Below, one piece after another: positions 1 through 18,582 of a stretch of DNA of 64,000 nucleotides. Source of the stretch: the human T2T-CHM13v2.0 reference genome, Homo sapiens. A program made the position numbers and the translations under genes. The notes under the pieces are model-generated. The model made no database searches. It saw nothing but the letters and a program-made list of their open reading frames with translations, and was not told the DNA's origin. The DNA lies in the NCBI RefSeq assembly GCF_009914755.1, contig NC_060926.1. The stretch is one strand, 5' to 3'. The first letter of the stretch is position 1. The number at the start of each line of letters is the position of its first letter.

Positions 1-1215
1 ACAGTATGTCTTCATAACAACTGATCTATTGATTAAAACTTAGAGTCAACCATAGACACTTTCATTACAAGTAATTTCAATTAGGGTAAAACACTCATGC
101 ACAATAGACAAATAAATGCTCTTAATACAAGTTAATAAAGCTTTATTATTAAATGCTTAAATGGGTAACATTTTTCTCTGCTGAGGACATTAGATAGTGT
201 TTAGTCTTGAGTTACAGGGTATCCAAGGTTTAAAATAAAATTTAATTTACAGACCACATTATCTTTAAAAATATAGGAGTGATTATACTCTAGGAACAAT
301 GTAAGATTGAGTTATCTTAAAAATGGAAGTACGTTATAATACATTTAAATTTTTCCATTTATCTCTTTTTTTCTCCCTATTTCTGTTCTTCATAAACACA
401 TAAATTTGCCTACTTGCTTTAAATTTTGTCAATGTCACATGCAGAATTGGTAACAGGCAGGAAGCCCTAATATTTTTCTACTGACTTGTCCTATGGTTCA
501 GCACAGAAGCCTTCAGTTACATCTGTGAATACGGAGATTTGTAGCATTTACTAGATAATTCAGGTGGGGAAAAATCCTGCAATCAATCATTAGAATGGGA
601 ATTTATGGCATAGCTAAGTGATCCAGAATGATTGTCAGTATGGATCAAATTCACAGCAGTACTTTCAATTTGTCAATTTAAATAATCAAGACTGCAATTT
701 AGGACTCTACATTTATTATCCACATAATTCGTTGATATTTTATTGTAGAAATGAGTACAGATTAAAATTATTAAAGATGTAAATACAATTGCAGTAAATA
801 GATACAAACTTTAAGGATATAAAATGATACAGTCTGAGTCTGTTTTTTTCTAGCACAATCTAAATTGAGAAACAGAAACATTTGTTTCTTTGAACATATA
901 CAAATCTGAAGATGAGAAAAGGCATCAAGTCAGCCTAGAACAGTGCCTATGCAAAGTAGGTACTCAAATTTTTGTCAAATTAAGATCAAATTTAATTGAA
1001 TAAAATATGCATACTAAAAGATTAGAAAACTTCTGCATTTTGACCTTAGAATACAAGTTTTATTTTAAGGATATTAGATTATTTTGGAGCACTTGGAGAG
1101 AAAAATTAAGGTTTATATTCTAATTATTAATATTTTTTGTTAAATAAATCTCTGTTTTAAATAGAAAAAAATGAATATTTCAAAATGCAACATTTCTAAG
1201 ATCCAATTAACTTTA

Positions 1216-1577
<362 letters not shown>

Positions 1578-1606
<29 letters not shown>
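1578..1606. repeat. (AT)n microsatellite at the Alu tail
   Basis: About 14 AT units read directly. Confidence 0.95.
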
Positions 1607-1611
<5 letters not shown>

Positions 1612-2332
1612 CCAAAGTAACTTTTGGGAATTGTAGTAATGGATATTACAAGAATAATTCAGCATTTGCCCAGAAGAGTTTCTTAATCTTGTTATTTACC
1701 ATTAAAATAAATTTCACCACAATTAATCTTGGGCCTAGCCTCTGAATTGGTCCTGTAATTAAGGCAAATAAGTAAACATACACATGCCATCATTTGAGCT
1801 TTTCCTTTCCAGAAATATCTCTTATTGAAAACACATGATGTCATCTTTTCCTCCTATCTGACCTCAATTTTGCATATAATGTCACATTTTTAGTTTGCTT
1901 ATGATGACAAAGACATCAAAACCATGGAAATTATTTACAAAATCATAAATGTAACCAAGTAGGCAAAAAATGATTTAGAAGCTAGTTCCAACCTATTAAG
2001 ACATCAGCATATTTGAATGGATTCTAAAAAGATCAGCTACTAGGATCCTGATGGAGAGGCGTTGGATAAAAAAGCAGAAGAGAAAAAGAATAAAGGATTA
2101 TGGTATATTGCCCAGGCATGTCTGGGGTTCATGGAGCACTGTGTAGGGGTAATGGCAAATGGGTTGGGGCTTGATAGTTGGATAAAAATAGAAATTTGCC
2201 AAAAGGAATATGACATACGGGGCTCAGAAAGGTATTAAGAAAAAAACTATACTTGGCTTTGTATCAGAGTTTCTTGCTTTTCTCTCAAGACTGTATCCGT
2301 CCCAGCTCATTCAATAAAAATTAATGAATTCA

Positions 2333-2635
<303 letters not shown>

Positions 2636-2653
2636 TCAGTCCGATAGTCAGTC

Positions 2654-2685
2654 CTCTCTCTCTGTCTCTCTCTCTCTCTCTCTCT
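2654..2685. repeat. (CT)n microsatellite, (GA)n in the pre-mRNA, upstream of the exon 18 acceptor
   Basis: ctctctctctgtctctc... read directly. Confidence 0.9.
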
Positions 2686-3002
2686 TTGGTTCTCTTTCTT
2701 ACAAAGCAAAAACACACCAACTTGGTTTGCCTTGACAACCAATACCTTCGTAATATGCACCACTCACCATTCACTGACACATTTATGCATTCTTTCAGAC
2801 CCTGTCCTTTCTCTTCTCCTGCTCTTTGTCAGGGCAAACACAAGTAACAAATGTGCACCTACCTTGAGGCATACTAGGCTACGAGATTTGATGCATTAAA
2901 GAAGGAAATGCTGCCTTCTTAGAGCTTAAAATATACCTGGGAAGCCAGGACAAATGTGTCAGAGGAGAGGGGAAAAAAACGCACAATGCCAAAACCCTAG
3001 GA

Positions 3003-3170
3003 CAGGGCTGTTAAAACTTTAGTGTACATCTGAATTACCTCAACTTCTTGTTAAATATAGGTCCCGGTTCAGCAAGTCTGGAGTAGGCCTGAAATGTTTG
3101 CATTTGCATAGAACTCTAAGGGATGCCTAGGTACCATGGTGATCCTCGAACACATTTGAAGTACCAAGGC
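3003..3170. mobile_element. MER5-like hAT-Charlie DNA transposon remnant
   Basis: Resembles recalled MER5 motifs (ttcagcaagtctggagtaggcctgaaatgtttgcatt; cacatttgaagtaccaagg). Confidence 0.55.
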
Positions 3171-4589
3171 CCAAGTTTACCTGTTAGATCAATAGTTCTA
3201 AAATTCTATGATTTGATTCTGCATCATAAGTGAATGCTATGAAATGCAAGGCATCAAACAACTACTGGGGAGTGAGGCTCACTAGTTTTGCCTTCCTAAA
3301 GAATGTACACTTTAAAATCAAGTCTTGAGATGTCTAAGTCTTGACATAATGAAAATGGGTTGGTATTGGGAGGGCCACTGTGAAAAGCTGCTTGGGCACA
3401 GCAAGAGGGAGGAGGAGGAAGAAATATAGCAGAATACAACAGGGAGTGGGACTGGTCAGAAGGGTGAGAGTACGGTGGGAAACCTACATAATCACAGGGG
3501 GGGCTGGGTGTGGCCGAAGTAGTAAAATTAGGCTGATAGTTTTAGACGTCATCATTGCGTTGTGATTCAGTTAGGGGGAATGAATGAGAAGGGGGCAAGT
3601 ATGTGCATGCGTGCCAATCACTGGCATATGTGAGAAAAAAAAAAAGTATGTCTAAGAGAGGCTCTGGGTACCAAAAAGCCTGTATCCTATGTTAAAATTT
3701 TAGGTTTTTATCTATGTATGAGTAAAAGGGCAAGTGCAAGAAATAGGAGTTTCTTTGTCTTTTAAAAGTTAAATTAAGGAACTAAACTTTACAAATAGTC
3801 TCTTTTATTTTTCCAGCATAATAATCAAAGGGTACTACTACTCAAACTGTCTTGAACCCACCACAGTAATTCAAAATCTCTATCTCCAAAGCTAAGTGCA
3901 CTGTGGCCCTGCAGCTTGGGTATGAATTACCATGCTTCTGTGAAAATAACGGCCTACTTAATTAGTGGAAGATTCTTGATTGAAGGTAAATGTAGCTATA
4001 GCAAGAATTTTAGGAAGAACGTAATAAAAAATTGCCAATAAACTTAGGTTATCTTCAAACTCTTCTTTAATTGTGAGTTTGACAACTCATCTTCAATTTC
4101 ATTTTCAACTTTAAGTTATATAAATGTAAATTTGATAACATAGAACTGCATTCAAGTCACATTTTAAAAATCTCAGAAAGAATCACTAAATTATTTGTTA
4201 AATTTCAAAATGATTGCTCAACTGAGTTCCCTTCATTTGAAGGCAACTCAACCATACAGGAATTGTTGGGTAGATTTTGATACATATGCTATATGTATAA
4301 TGAATAACTTATGAATCATTTTTAAAAATCATATACAAAAGTTACATAAAATCACACAAAATACTGGGAGGGGGCTTCAGCATTTTGGGTGAGATATACA
4401 TAAAATATACATTGTGTATATGCCTTGGCATATACCATGCAATAATTGCATATTTTGAAAACTTCACAGTTCTACCTGAGCTTTTCAGTCTTCTTTAATT
4501 TTCTTGGGTATCATTTAATATATTTCACAAAAACATGTTTCTGTATCATTTAATATATTTTACAGACACATGGGTTTAAATTTGGAGGT

Positions 4590-4770
4590 TTATATGACAG
4601 TGTTGCCACTCACAGGAAGCAATTTGCCCTTCCTAAACCTTTATTTCTTATCTGTGAAGTAGGTGTAGCAATAATTACCTTAGAAACTTGAGAAAGGATG
4701 AAATGAGATAACATATGTGGAAAATTCTAGAACATTGCCTGGCATATTGTAAGCACTAAATCTGTTACTC
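4590..4770 (+). mobile_element. MIR SINE remnant
   Basis: tttcttatctgtgaag...aaatgagataacatatgt...tgcctggcatattgtaagcact. Confidence 0.65.
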
Positions 4771-5204
4771 TTCAAGGGATGAGATCATGTCTCATTAATA
4801 TATTTTTGAATCACACCATCTACCAAAGCATCAAGCTTACAGTGCATCTCAGTAAGCATGTGTGGAAAAAATATGTTTTATAGTTTTATGCATGTAACAT
4901 AAAAAAGACAATCTGGAACAAAGTGATTTGAGGAACGTGTACCATCTTTAAGTGTATGCAAACAATATATCAAGATTCAACAAATGTTCACTTCTGAGGC
5001 AGATTTCTAGCTTCAGTATTTAAAGATTTAAATTGACTATCTTAAAAATTCCCCCTTTATTTAGATGGTGGTAGAAAATCATATTTTCTTTTACTAAGAA
5101 AAAGATAGGGATTCTACGATTATCTAACCACCAAATGTAAAATAATTTAGTCTTAAAGAATAATTTTCTATAAAAACAGAACCTGCTTATAAAACCAGTA
5201 AGTG

Positions 5205-5629
<425 letters not shown>

Positions 5630-6727
5630 TCACGGCAATGAGCCTTCCCTGTGTGTGGTTAAGGTAATTTCTCTTCCATTCTGCAGTCACCTAAATGTAC
5701 ACTGCTATTCCAAGCTTTCCTTTCCAACTGTAGTTTACAATACTTCATTTCCAGAATTCTCTCACCAACTGCCTCAAGCTGGCCATGAGGAAGAATTCTC
5801 TCTGCCTCCAGCATCCTAGCTAAACTGCAAACATACATAGCACAAAGCACATGTGTTGTGTCCAAACTTTCATTCACATGTGCAAGATTGAAAGTAATCA
5901 AATTGCTCTTCAATAAGCTTCCAGCTAAAGTAGGAATCACTATTAGGTTTTCCCATGTATGTAATTGACTACCTTTATTTTGCTTGAACATGTCTATTCA
6001 TGAGACAGCTCATTCCAATTGCAGATAACTTTAATCCCTAGAAAGTGTTTTCCTAGAAGCAGCTGTAAGGTAGTTTCCAGAAACTTTCACAGGATACTTC
6101 TATCTAGATTTGATTTCTGGGTAAAAAGAGCTAAAATTTAATTCATTATCGGTATGCAAAATGTGTGAATGAATTAAAATTCCCATTCCTCCCATTCCTG
6201 TCAGTGTTCAAAGGAGAAGTGAAATTGTCAGACTGACAATGAGAAAAACAACAAACGTTGGATAAGCTTATCTCAGAACAGAATTACTGTGAATTGTTTA
6301 GATAGGCACAGATGTGTATATCAGGAGAAAGGTAAGATGGAAGTTGAGAAGGGTCTGGTAATTCATAGTCTTCTGTAATTGTTTCTTCCCTGTATCCTGT
6401 ACCATGAACACTATCTGCTTTTATGCTAGAGAACTCAGTGTAGCAATATAAAAGACATTATAATCATTCATGAGTAATTTACATACTCACAATAACTACC
6501 ATGCATAATATTAAATGCATCCCATAAATTGTGTAGTAAGGTCTGTATGATTACAACACTAAGTTTTATCCTGTAAGCTTAGTCTTTCACTGCTGGTATA
6601 ATAAGATCATTGACTACTAATTTAATGATCCTAATTAAAACATGCATTCCTTGTCTGTTAGTTTTGTTTTGAAACAGAAAGACTCTCTCTCTTTCTAACA
6701 TTTTTCTAAATCTGCCACTGAGATATT

Positions 6728-8679
<1,952 letters not shown>

Positions 8680-8957
8680 TGAGATATTTTCAATGCAGAT
8701 ATTTTCTAGATCTGCTGCTATTGAGATATCCTCTATCCAGAGCTTGCTAATGGGATCCTCCCAACCATACAAACAAAATACAGATACTTTCCCCAATACA
8801 ATAATTTTCTTGACCACTCCCATCTACCCCCTTGAAGCCTTGACTATTTTTACAACATAATCTGATTTTTCACAAGCTTTGTTTAACGGACTATAAAATA
8901 AAAAACTTAATTAGGACACTGAACAGAATTTTACTTGGATTAAATAATTGAACATCA

Positions 8958-9257
<300 letters not shown>

Positions 9258-9576
9258 CTAGTCATTTAGATGAAATGCAAATATAAAAGTGCATTAGGTT
9301 TTGCTCTACCAAAACCTTTCTCATGGTAAAAACTATGGTTGTTTTTGTGTGTTTAACAAATAATAAACCATGCATGTACAACTAATCTTTGAGATGAACA
9401 GTCACAACATGCCATTTGATGAAAAAAATGTAAAACTTGCTAGCAGTATGAAAAACATATGCCAAGACATTGGTGTTGGCGCATTTAATATTTTTCTATT
9501 ATATATGAATAAACAGGAAATGCATTGTAAGAATATTGTTGTGGTTTGTAATTTTATTTCCAGTAATTTCTCTGAA

Positions 9577-9782
9577 GCAGGCTTTCACAACAGTGGCACT
9601 ATTGACATTTGAGGCTGAATACCAGTTTGTTGTCGCGAAGTGTCCTGTGCATTTTAGGATGTTTAGTAGCATTCCTGGCTTCCATCCCTGAGATGCCAGT
9701 AGCACCCCCATCCTCTAGTCATGACAATGTCTCCAGACATTCCCAAAGATCTGTCAACATCACCCCCAGTTAGGAAGCACTG
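9577..9782. mobile_element. MER20 DNA transposon
   Basis: ggcactattgacattt...tgtcctgtgcattttaggatgtttagtagcattcctggc...agatgccagtagcacc...aatgtctccagacatt matches recalled MER20. Confidence 0.85.
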
Positions 9783-12377
9783 CTCTAATGCAAAAATGAG
9801 TGGTCTGAAGACATAGAAACCCCACACCTCTGGAGTATAAGGGTACCAATAAGAGAGTTATTATTGCCCAAAGTGCTATTTGAAACTCTGATTAGGGCAA
9901 CTCTGGTAGAAAAAAGGTCAGGAGAAAGATAAAGAATTGGTTCAGACATGTTTTCAGAATAATGACAAGAGTATTAGAATCAATAGTGTGTCTCAGCATC
10001 ATACACTCATAAAAGAGGTTTGCACATGAAGCATTACATAAAAAGTGGTAAACAGTACCAAAAAGGGATTAAGAAGAGATTGATTGGAAATCTTCATTCT
10101 TAAAATGTTTTTGTAATGTATTGTTAGCAAAGATATAATTTTGAAACTGATCACTTCTTAGCTAATTTTTTCCTTGCTTAAACAGTAGTAGTTGTGATTT
10201 TTAACTTGTTCTAGAGTAGAGCAGTATCTCTGAAGTTTCCGTGGTCAGAGTTCTTAATCATATGAATTTTGTATACCATAGGAAATAATCTTGAGTGAAA
10301 CACACAGGTGTTACCTAAAAAATATTTGACCAGGAAGCCACAATGGATATCAAAACTAAAAAAGAACTTCCTGCCTGCTCATGCTTTCCATAATAAAGCA
10401 TTTTATATCTTATATTTATATTTTTAAAAGAACTTATACTACATTTTCTTAAAAAATACTTTCTCTTGCTAAATAAACTTCTGCTCAGAGATAGATCAGA
10501 AATAGTATGGTGGATGATTCTCAATAAAATCTTGAAATTTTAAAAAGCTCATAAAAAAAATCTGCGTAACTTCTTCTATAAATGAAATCATGTCTTTTAG
10601 AGATTATGACTGCTATATTGTCATATAAAACTGCAGAAAAATCTAAAAAGGTAGTTCATCCTAAAGGTTGTTTCCTGACAGCTCAAAGTACTATAGTATA
10701 CTGAAATGTTGCTATAATTCAGCTAGATTTTTCTAAATGGGATTTTCTAAAGATATAAAAATCTCTGCTGAGAAAATTAAACTATAGTATGGAAAAAAAT
10801 TCTTCATTGTGATATGTTTTTGTTTGTGTAAGATCATATTTTTGATCATGCAAGTTAAATATGTATTTCAGGAAATATTTTATGTTTCAACCAAAGGTAT
10901 AATTTTTAGCTCAAATGCTTAACATATCCCTGAAAAGTCACTGTTATTGAAAGGGTCATATTTTTGTTTTCTCAGTCCAATTTTTTATCGCAAAATATTT
11001 ATGTATAATTGAGACTAATGTCCAACATTTCGTTAATTGTAGATTCAGACCAAACTCTAAACTTTCTCTGCTTATTTATTTTGCAAAATAATAGGTGGTA
11101 TACATATTTATGTAAATATATGTAAACGTCAATGTCACTGTATATGAAAAGAAAACGCTCTATTTTGTTTTTTGTTTGTTTCTTTGTTTGTTGTTGTTGT
11201 TATTTTTTAAGAACAAACTTCCAGGAGAAGAAACTAATACCTCTCTTTTTTCTTATTTTGGTGGAGATTGATTGCCATATAATTACTATACAGGCAAGTA
11301 ATGGTAATCAAAATAAGACATTCAAAAACTCAAGACAGTAATTTCTGGTTTTATAGTTAGAATTTACTTTCAGTATTTTCTCACAGCAATATTTTTGGTC
11401 TACTTGAATTTCTTTACTGTTTTCTTACCACTCTGCAGGAACGGTAGAGGTACAAACAACCTGAAGGAATAAAGAACTAAAATTTCTGTACTTAAAAATC
11501 ATATATAAGTGTTTTATTGAACATTATAAGAGGCCAAATTCTGCCTATTCCCACAGAATTTACGTTTGAAACATAAATCATTAACCACAAACAAGCAACC
11601 AGTAAAATCAAGAGGAGGGAATATTCCATAAGACAACTTGCAGTTTCTTTTTATTAATTGAGTATCATGAAAAAGGTGCTGATGTAGCTTAAGAAGACTT
11701 AATAGACATAGCAACTGGATATAAAATGTACTCCTGCATTAGATCCTAGTTTGGACAAACCAGTTATAGAGTCTTTTTGGAAAACTTGAAAGATCTAAAT
11801 ATAAATTATATAGTAGATGAGAAGATAATTTGCTGCAACACAAAGACGTGCACCACAAACTGAAAAGATTCGGTTTCCAAACAGTAGAACTTCAATATGA
11901 AAAAATACATATTCATATATGTCTACAAATATATCCTCAGATGCATAGATCTGGAATAATATAAAATAATATACTAAATAGTAGTTGTCTCTGGGTAGTG
12001 TGAATACAGTGCTCTTATTTTTACTAATTTGTATTTTCTAATTTTTTTTTTTTTTTTTTTTTTTAAATTCACTAGGGTTTTTCTCTCTTTGACATTTAAA
12101 CAAGAACACAAAGTAAACAGGAAATACAATTTCCAATGTCTTTTAAAGATAATGTTTTTATATAAGTTGTGTGTTCTCACTAGTTTTTTCTTCTTGAGGT
12201 AATGTATTAATTAATCACAATCTGCTCTTATAATTTTGACATTCACTTTAAAACTCCAAAGGGAAGATGTGATTAGGTATTAAAATTATCTTAAACAATA
12301 TTAAAAGATAGACATATAGGAACCTCTATATTCCAGGCCAAACTACCTAAGCAAAAGAAAGATTTTGATGTTAGTAG

Positions 12378-12438
12378 AAAATATTTGCAAACTATACATC
12401 TAACAAAGGTCAAATATCCAGAATATGCAAGAAACTTG
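12378..12438 (+). mobile_element. Short L1 ORF2 fragment
   Basis: aaaatatttgcaaactatacatctaacaaaggtcaaatatccagaatatgcaagaaact resembles L1 [19 protein letters not shown]. Confidence 0.7.
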
Positions 12439-12439
12439 A

Positions 12440-12667
12440 GGCCGGGCCAGTGGCTCACGCCTGTAATCCCCACACCTTGGGAGGCCAAGGCAGGTGGATT
12501 GCCTGAAGTCAGGAGTTCTAGACCAGCCTGGCCAACATGGCGAAACCCCATCTCTACTAAAAATACAAAAATCAGCTGGGGGTGGTGGCATGCACCTGTA
12601 AATCCAGCCACTCCAGAGGCCGAGGCAGGAGAATCGCCTGAACCCAGGAAGTGAAGGTTGCAATGAG
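12440..12667 (+). mobile_element. AluS, 3'-truncated (no tail)
   Basis: Intact 5' end; stops at ...AGGTTGCAATGAG. Confidence 0.92.
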
Positions 12668-13234
12668 TATTTTCTAATTTTTTATGATCCATTTATATTC
12701 CTTTTGAAATAAAAGTTTATTAAATTCAAGAAAAATGCAGAAGAAAAAATCATTGTCTAAAAGTTTAGCTTTGTAATAATGGCCTTGTTCTCTTTTTCTT
12801 GAATGTTTACTTTGCTTTTTTTTCAATTAAGATTTCATTTTGTTATTCCCTGTCCACTTTTACAATCTAAGTACTTTTGTGTATATTTTCTATTCATTAT
12901 AGTTTGATATGTCTGAGACATTTGATTACTATTATGTTTCTTACAGTTAACATTATGTACCATAAACCAAGATAATCTGAAAAGTTAATACTATTTTCAC
13001 ATTTCTTACTCCTCTGAATTTTTATGATTCCTAGATGTTTGTAAGTATAGGATAGATATCTTTTTCTTGTTTGTTTTTTTCCTGAGAATTTATGCTTAGC
13101 TCCTTTTATGAGGACCCTTTGGGTAGAGAGGAAATAGCAACCTAAGTTACTTCTTTAAATGGCTGTGCATCTCTCCTTGGTCTAATGATGATAATGGCTA
13201 TTACCAACCAACCTGTTTCTGAGCGTGAATGTGA

Positions 13235-13534
<300 letters not shown>

Positions 13535-16500
13535 TGAATGTGAATCTTGTATGTGAATCAGCGGAAGCGATAAGAGGCTCAGTTGACACTATGAGATCAC
13601 AAGGTTCAAATACTAAGGGATCTAGAATACTCTGATTCCTTATCTTTAACAGGAGTATTGCAATTTTTTTGTCTTGTCTTTTGGCTGTCCATTAAAAATG
13701 GTTGAGACCCCCTAAAGTATAAATTTCTAAGATCAAGTCCAAGCTTAGACTAAAAGGATACGATCAATTGATAGTTTACCTTATTCTGTGACTTGGAAAT
13801 AGTATTATGAAACTGATATCCTCCCACTACTGAAGAAACTAATCTCACAGGGATTCTGAATCACAAACGAATTTTGCTAATTTATTTAAAAGCAAATGAT
13901 TTGGTTTTCATAATTTCATTTAGAAATTCAGAGACAATGAAATGGATTAAATTCTACTGACTTGAATGCAATTGTTTTATAAAAGAGCAGCATCTTTCCA
14001 AGCTATATTACTCATCTAAAATATGTATATTCTTAATTACTATATTTGGACCATGCTATTTCTCTCATGCAGAATATAAAATGTGAGAGGACACATGAAA
14101 CCTTAGTTTTAAAAACATCCGGATATTTTCTCCCATTGATCAGTTTCTTTTCAGATGTCAGACCACAAAAAAAATGTAATAAAGTCAATATAATTCATGA
14201 TTAAAACTCAAATGTTTTAAAAAACTATTTTGTTATACTCTTTCTATTTAATGTTATAAGGACTGGCTATCTTTTAAAAAGGAACAATAGTATTTTCTTA
14301 ATTGGCGAAACTGGTATTTTGATGCATATTGCAATAAATGTTAATTCTATGATTCTACCTTTTTTTAAAGGTAAGTTCGTCACCAAATAAAAGGTTTATT
14401 AAATTTTGAATATATGTGTATTTTCTTTACTTTTTTGAATACAGAATAATTTTCAACTAAAGATAAAACAACCTGTAGTCCTATAAAACACTGATGGTAT
14501 ACTTGCAATTCATAGTATTGACTATGAATCAAAGACTTTCACTTTTAGAAGCTTTTAGATTAAACTAAATAATTTGAAGAAAGGTCTTCAGGATTTGTTG
14601 CATCAGATGTAGACCTGCTTCACTTGCTTATCTATGGGCACTAAATGTTAAACTGAAAATGCGTGTGTGTTTTTTTAAAAAAAAAGTATATAAGAAGGAA
14701 AAACAAACAAAGACAGGCTAGTCAGATAAATTTAACAGGGATTTTTTTTTGTAAAATAAACTTTGCAAATTGCAAAACACGGTAAAACAGTATCTCCAAC
14801 ATTACTACTTTGTGTTAATCTTTCAAATTCTGTATGACTTTTCCTTATTGTGGCAGAAAGATGCTTTGGAGCCAGGCAAATCTAAGTTTTAATCATATGT
14901 CTACTTCTAACCAATTGTGAGTTTACTGCCTCTATCAAATAGCTTAAATATACACAAATACATTCTTTACCTAAGCTAGTACAAAAAATAAATGCAGAAG
15001 GAAATTATATAGTCATGTTTACATTCATAGTATCTAATGAATTTGCTTCAAGATCATTTCTAGCATTATCATTAAATCAAACACCTTGAAGTTTAGGAAT
15101 TATTCATCCCATTTTGGCCAGGACGGTCTTAGTTTATGCCAGTCTAATAATCAATAATGCCACTTTTACTCTCCAAAGTGCCTCTATGTGAGCAATAAAT
15201 CAAATGTTTATCCTACATTTAGCCCAATCTAAAGGAATTTAGGATACCCAGAGTTAATAAGTATTTATCTATATCTCTATATTAAAATGTGTATGTTGGG
15301 GTATGTGTGTATGTGTATATAGGATCGAAAAAACTTCAGTTTACCTCTATGAAAGGGAATAATTCTATGAAATCTGACATCTTCATTTTTAGTAGATTAT
15401 TTCCCATCAAAAATAAATGCATTGCTAATGACACTCTGTTGTGCTATAAAACCCATGAGTATGTGTAGGTGTGTGCATATATACACATTCACACGAAAGT
15501 GTCTTAGTTTTATTTTCAGCAAGTTTTACTTTCTGGGAAAGTAAATAAATTACTGCATTTTATGAATGTATATGTAACTTAAATGTATATTTCACAAACT
15601 AGGGTCAAATGTTACAATTCTCTATAAAGTTATATTTCATTTTAAAAATATAATTAGGTAACATTGGCCATCATCCTATATCCTATCTTTCTTCTGAAAA
15701 TCTTACAGTGGCTACAGATGAAAGCATAAGTCTATCATGACCCAGAGGACAAATGTATGCTCAGGGGTATATTCTGTTTTGTAAAGTGTTCTTGCTGTAA
15801 GAAAAATGTAGTTGATCAAAAACCTATTGACTCTCTATTAAAATCAAATTCTTATAATTCATTCACAATTACCAACTGAGGCAAGGAATATAGCTTTGAA
15901 AACAATAACGTTTTCAATATTTTCTTAATTATGTATATAATTTAAACATAGCAAAAGGTCTGTTTCCATAAGAGAAAGACAAGATTTGACAGCCATCAGA
16001 TTCTCACAGGTTTTATAGCACACAGGGTGTCACTAGCAATGCACTTATTTTCAATGGGAAATAATCTAATAAAAATGAAAATGTCATATTTTCTTAGAAA
16101 TCATTCCCTTTCATAGAGGTAAACCAAAGGCTTTTTTGATCCTATATACTACTTTTAAATTTAAATCATTTAGCTCCACTGAATGTGAACTTTCCATTCT
16201 AATAATTTCCAATACTTGTATATTTTATAATTAGAATTTAACTTTTACATACATTGTATAGTTTCACAATAACGATGTAACACATATCTTGTAAACTCCA
16301 TATTAAATACAAGAAAATAGAAAAGATGCCTGGATAACATCAAATATAAATAGTAATGCTAACATTTTATGTATTGGAGTCTCAAGTCCATTAAACTTTC
16401 ACCTATTGTATTTTTTCTCTTTCTAAAGATGATATATTTACACAAATATCATTATTCAGGTTTTGCTTCAATATCTATGCTTGATAGTAGAGAATACAAA

Positions 16501-18290
16501 ATGCACATAAATTTATTTAGGGGTTTTCATAGAACTTTTATATTTAGTTATATCTTAATATTTTACTTCTCTTTCGACTATCATTTTATCTGTATTGCTA
16601 TATTCATTGTGATTTACTTTTATTAAATCCTTTATATCCTTGGGTGTAAAGTTTATAAGTGACATTCTTCTTCTTTTAGCTTCATTTTGTTTTCAAAGTG
16701 AGAAAACAGTTAAAATGGTTTTCTTTTTTTTTTAACTTATATGGGATTTCCTTTAAGAAAGGTAAAGACGAGCAGTATCTATTATTACAGTGACAGTACC
16801 TATTGTACTGCTACTCTGTTCAGCCTTCCCCAAAACAGTTCAGATTTGAAACAAGAGACCTTGAAACACCAGGAAACATTGAAATTCCCCAGAAGACATT
16901 TTAAGGGTTACTGCCTGGGGCAAGGAGAGCTACATTAAGGGAGTTCTTTTTCTCCTACAAGTAGTGCTTATTCTGACCCAGAATTCAACCTGCTTTATAA
17001 ACATGACACATCTTTTCTTTTTGAGCAAATGAAAGTGATCTTACAGTTTTTGGTTGACGAGACCTGGGGTATTACAATAGGTCTCTGTCCTTTGATTAAG
17101 GCTCAAGATTCCTCTATTACATTTCAAATATGACCAAAACTGTAAGTGCTGAAGCTAATGAATCAGAACGTACTGTCCCCCTTCCTAAGCAAATTTGAAT
17201 GTTTTTTGACTCGGCTTTATGTGTTAAAATCAATCTTTTTTTCAATATGTGAATGCAACATTTCATTCGATAACACAGTGTTGCAAAAGTACTTCAGTAG
17301 AGATATTGCCATTAAATGAATATGTAAATATAATCTGATCCTTTTATATCTAGATCAGCTTCTGAGAAAAAATTTCAAGTAGTTTCAGAGCAAACCTTCC
17401 TTCTCTTTACAGGCAACATTTACACATATCTATGGGCTTTTGTTTGTTTTATCAAATTTTGGGGAAGTACATAAACTTATACACTTGACTTTCTGGCAAA
17501 CATTCTCATGTTAAGGACACCATCCTCAGAATATATATAATCTATCTAGGAATTTCTACACCCAGGATTTTCTACAACTAAAGTGTTGAAAACGAATTAC
17601 GCCAGGAAGAACTTTCCTTTTAACAGGGTTTTTAAGAGGTCAGATGAAGTTTTGGTGCTTTTATTAATTCTTCCACAGTTTATACCTATTATACAATATC
17701 ATATATCTATATACCATACTAATACAGTAACTTTATTATTGTTTATATACTGTTATCTAGATAGAATATATATAAGGACATGTTTTGTGACACAAACAGA
17801 ATATTGTAAATATTTAATTACAGAACAAATTAACCGTTAAGTATCACTATGTCCTATTACTTATTCATTATATGGACAAGGTAATATGAAGCAATAGAGC
17901 AAAAGATTTAAATGTCCAGGATTCAGTTCTTACAACTTCAGTTACATTAGGTACCAAAATTGTTCAGCATGCTAAGTAATTTAAGTTTCATAATAGAGCA
18001 GAAAGTATTACATAAACACTGCTCTGTGAAGAAAAGTGGGAGAGGGATAAATCATGGCTGGCACCATTCTTGTTCCCATATTTAAAAAGTTTTCTTCGCC
18101 TTAAAATCTCCATTCATTCTATGCACTATAATTTCAGATAATTAGTTGTTAACAGAGAATATATTCTATGTATAAATTGCACCTACCTTTATCTATCGAA
18201 GCATTAAGCATACACATTTCTGTCATGCTTATTGTACACAACTACATAAGACAGATACAGAGCAATCTCATTTTCAGAGGGTTTGCAAAC

Positions 18291-18582
18291 TTTTTTTTTG
18301 AGAAGGAGTCTTACTCTGTTCCCCAGGCAGGAGTACAGTGGCGCCATCTTGGCTCACTGCAACCTCCACCTCCGGAGTTCAAGCGACTCTCCTGACTTAG
18401 CCTCCCAAATAGCTGAGATTACAGGCACCCCCCCACCATGCCCAGCTAATGTTTGTATTTTTAGTAGAGACAGGGTTTCACCATGTTGGCCAGGCTGGTC
18501 TCGAACTCCTGACCTCAGGTGATCTGCCCGCCTCGGCCTTCCAAAGTGCTGGGATTATAGCTGTGAGCCACCAAGTCTAGCC
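18291..18582 (-). mobile_element. AluS, full length
   Basis: Reverse Alu body with short poly(T). Confidence 0.93.

Noticed and set aside
16846-16885. Short repeated TTGAAAC units, and similar micro-duplications near 26910, 41745, 55360 and 58709, as a CRISPR-like or functional array
   Set aside because: Only 2-3 degenerate copies, no regular spacers; ordinary slippage in eukaryotic intron
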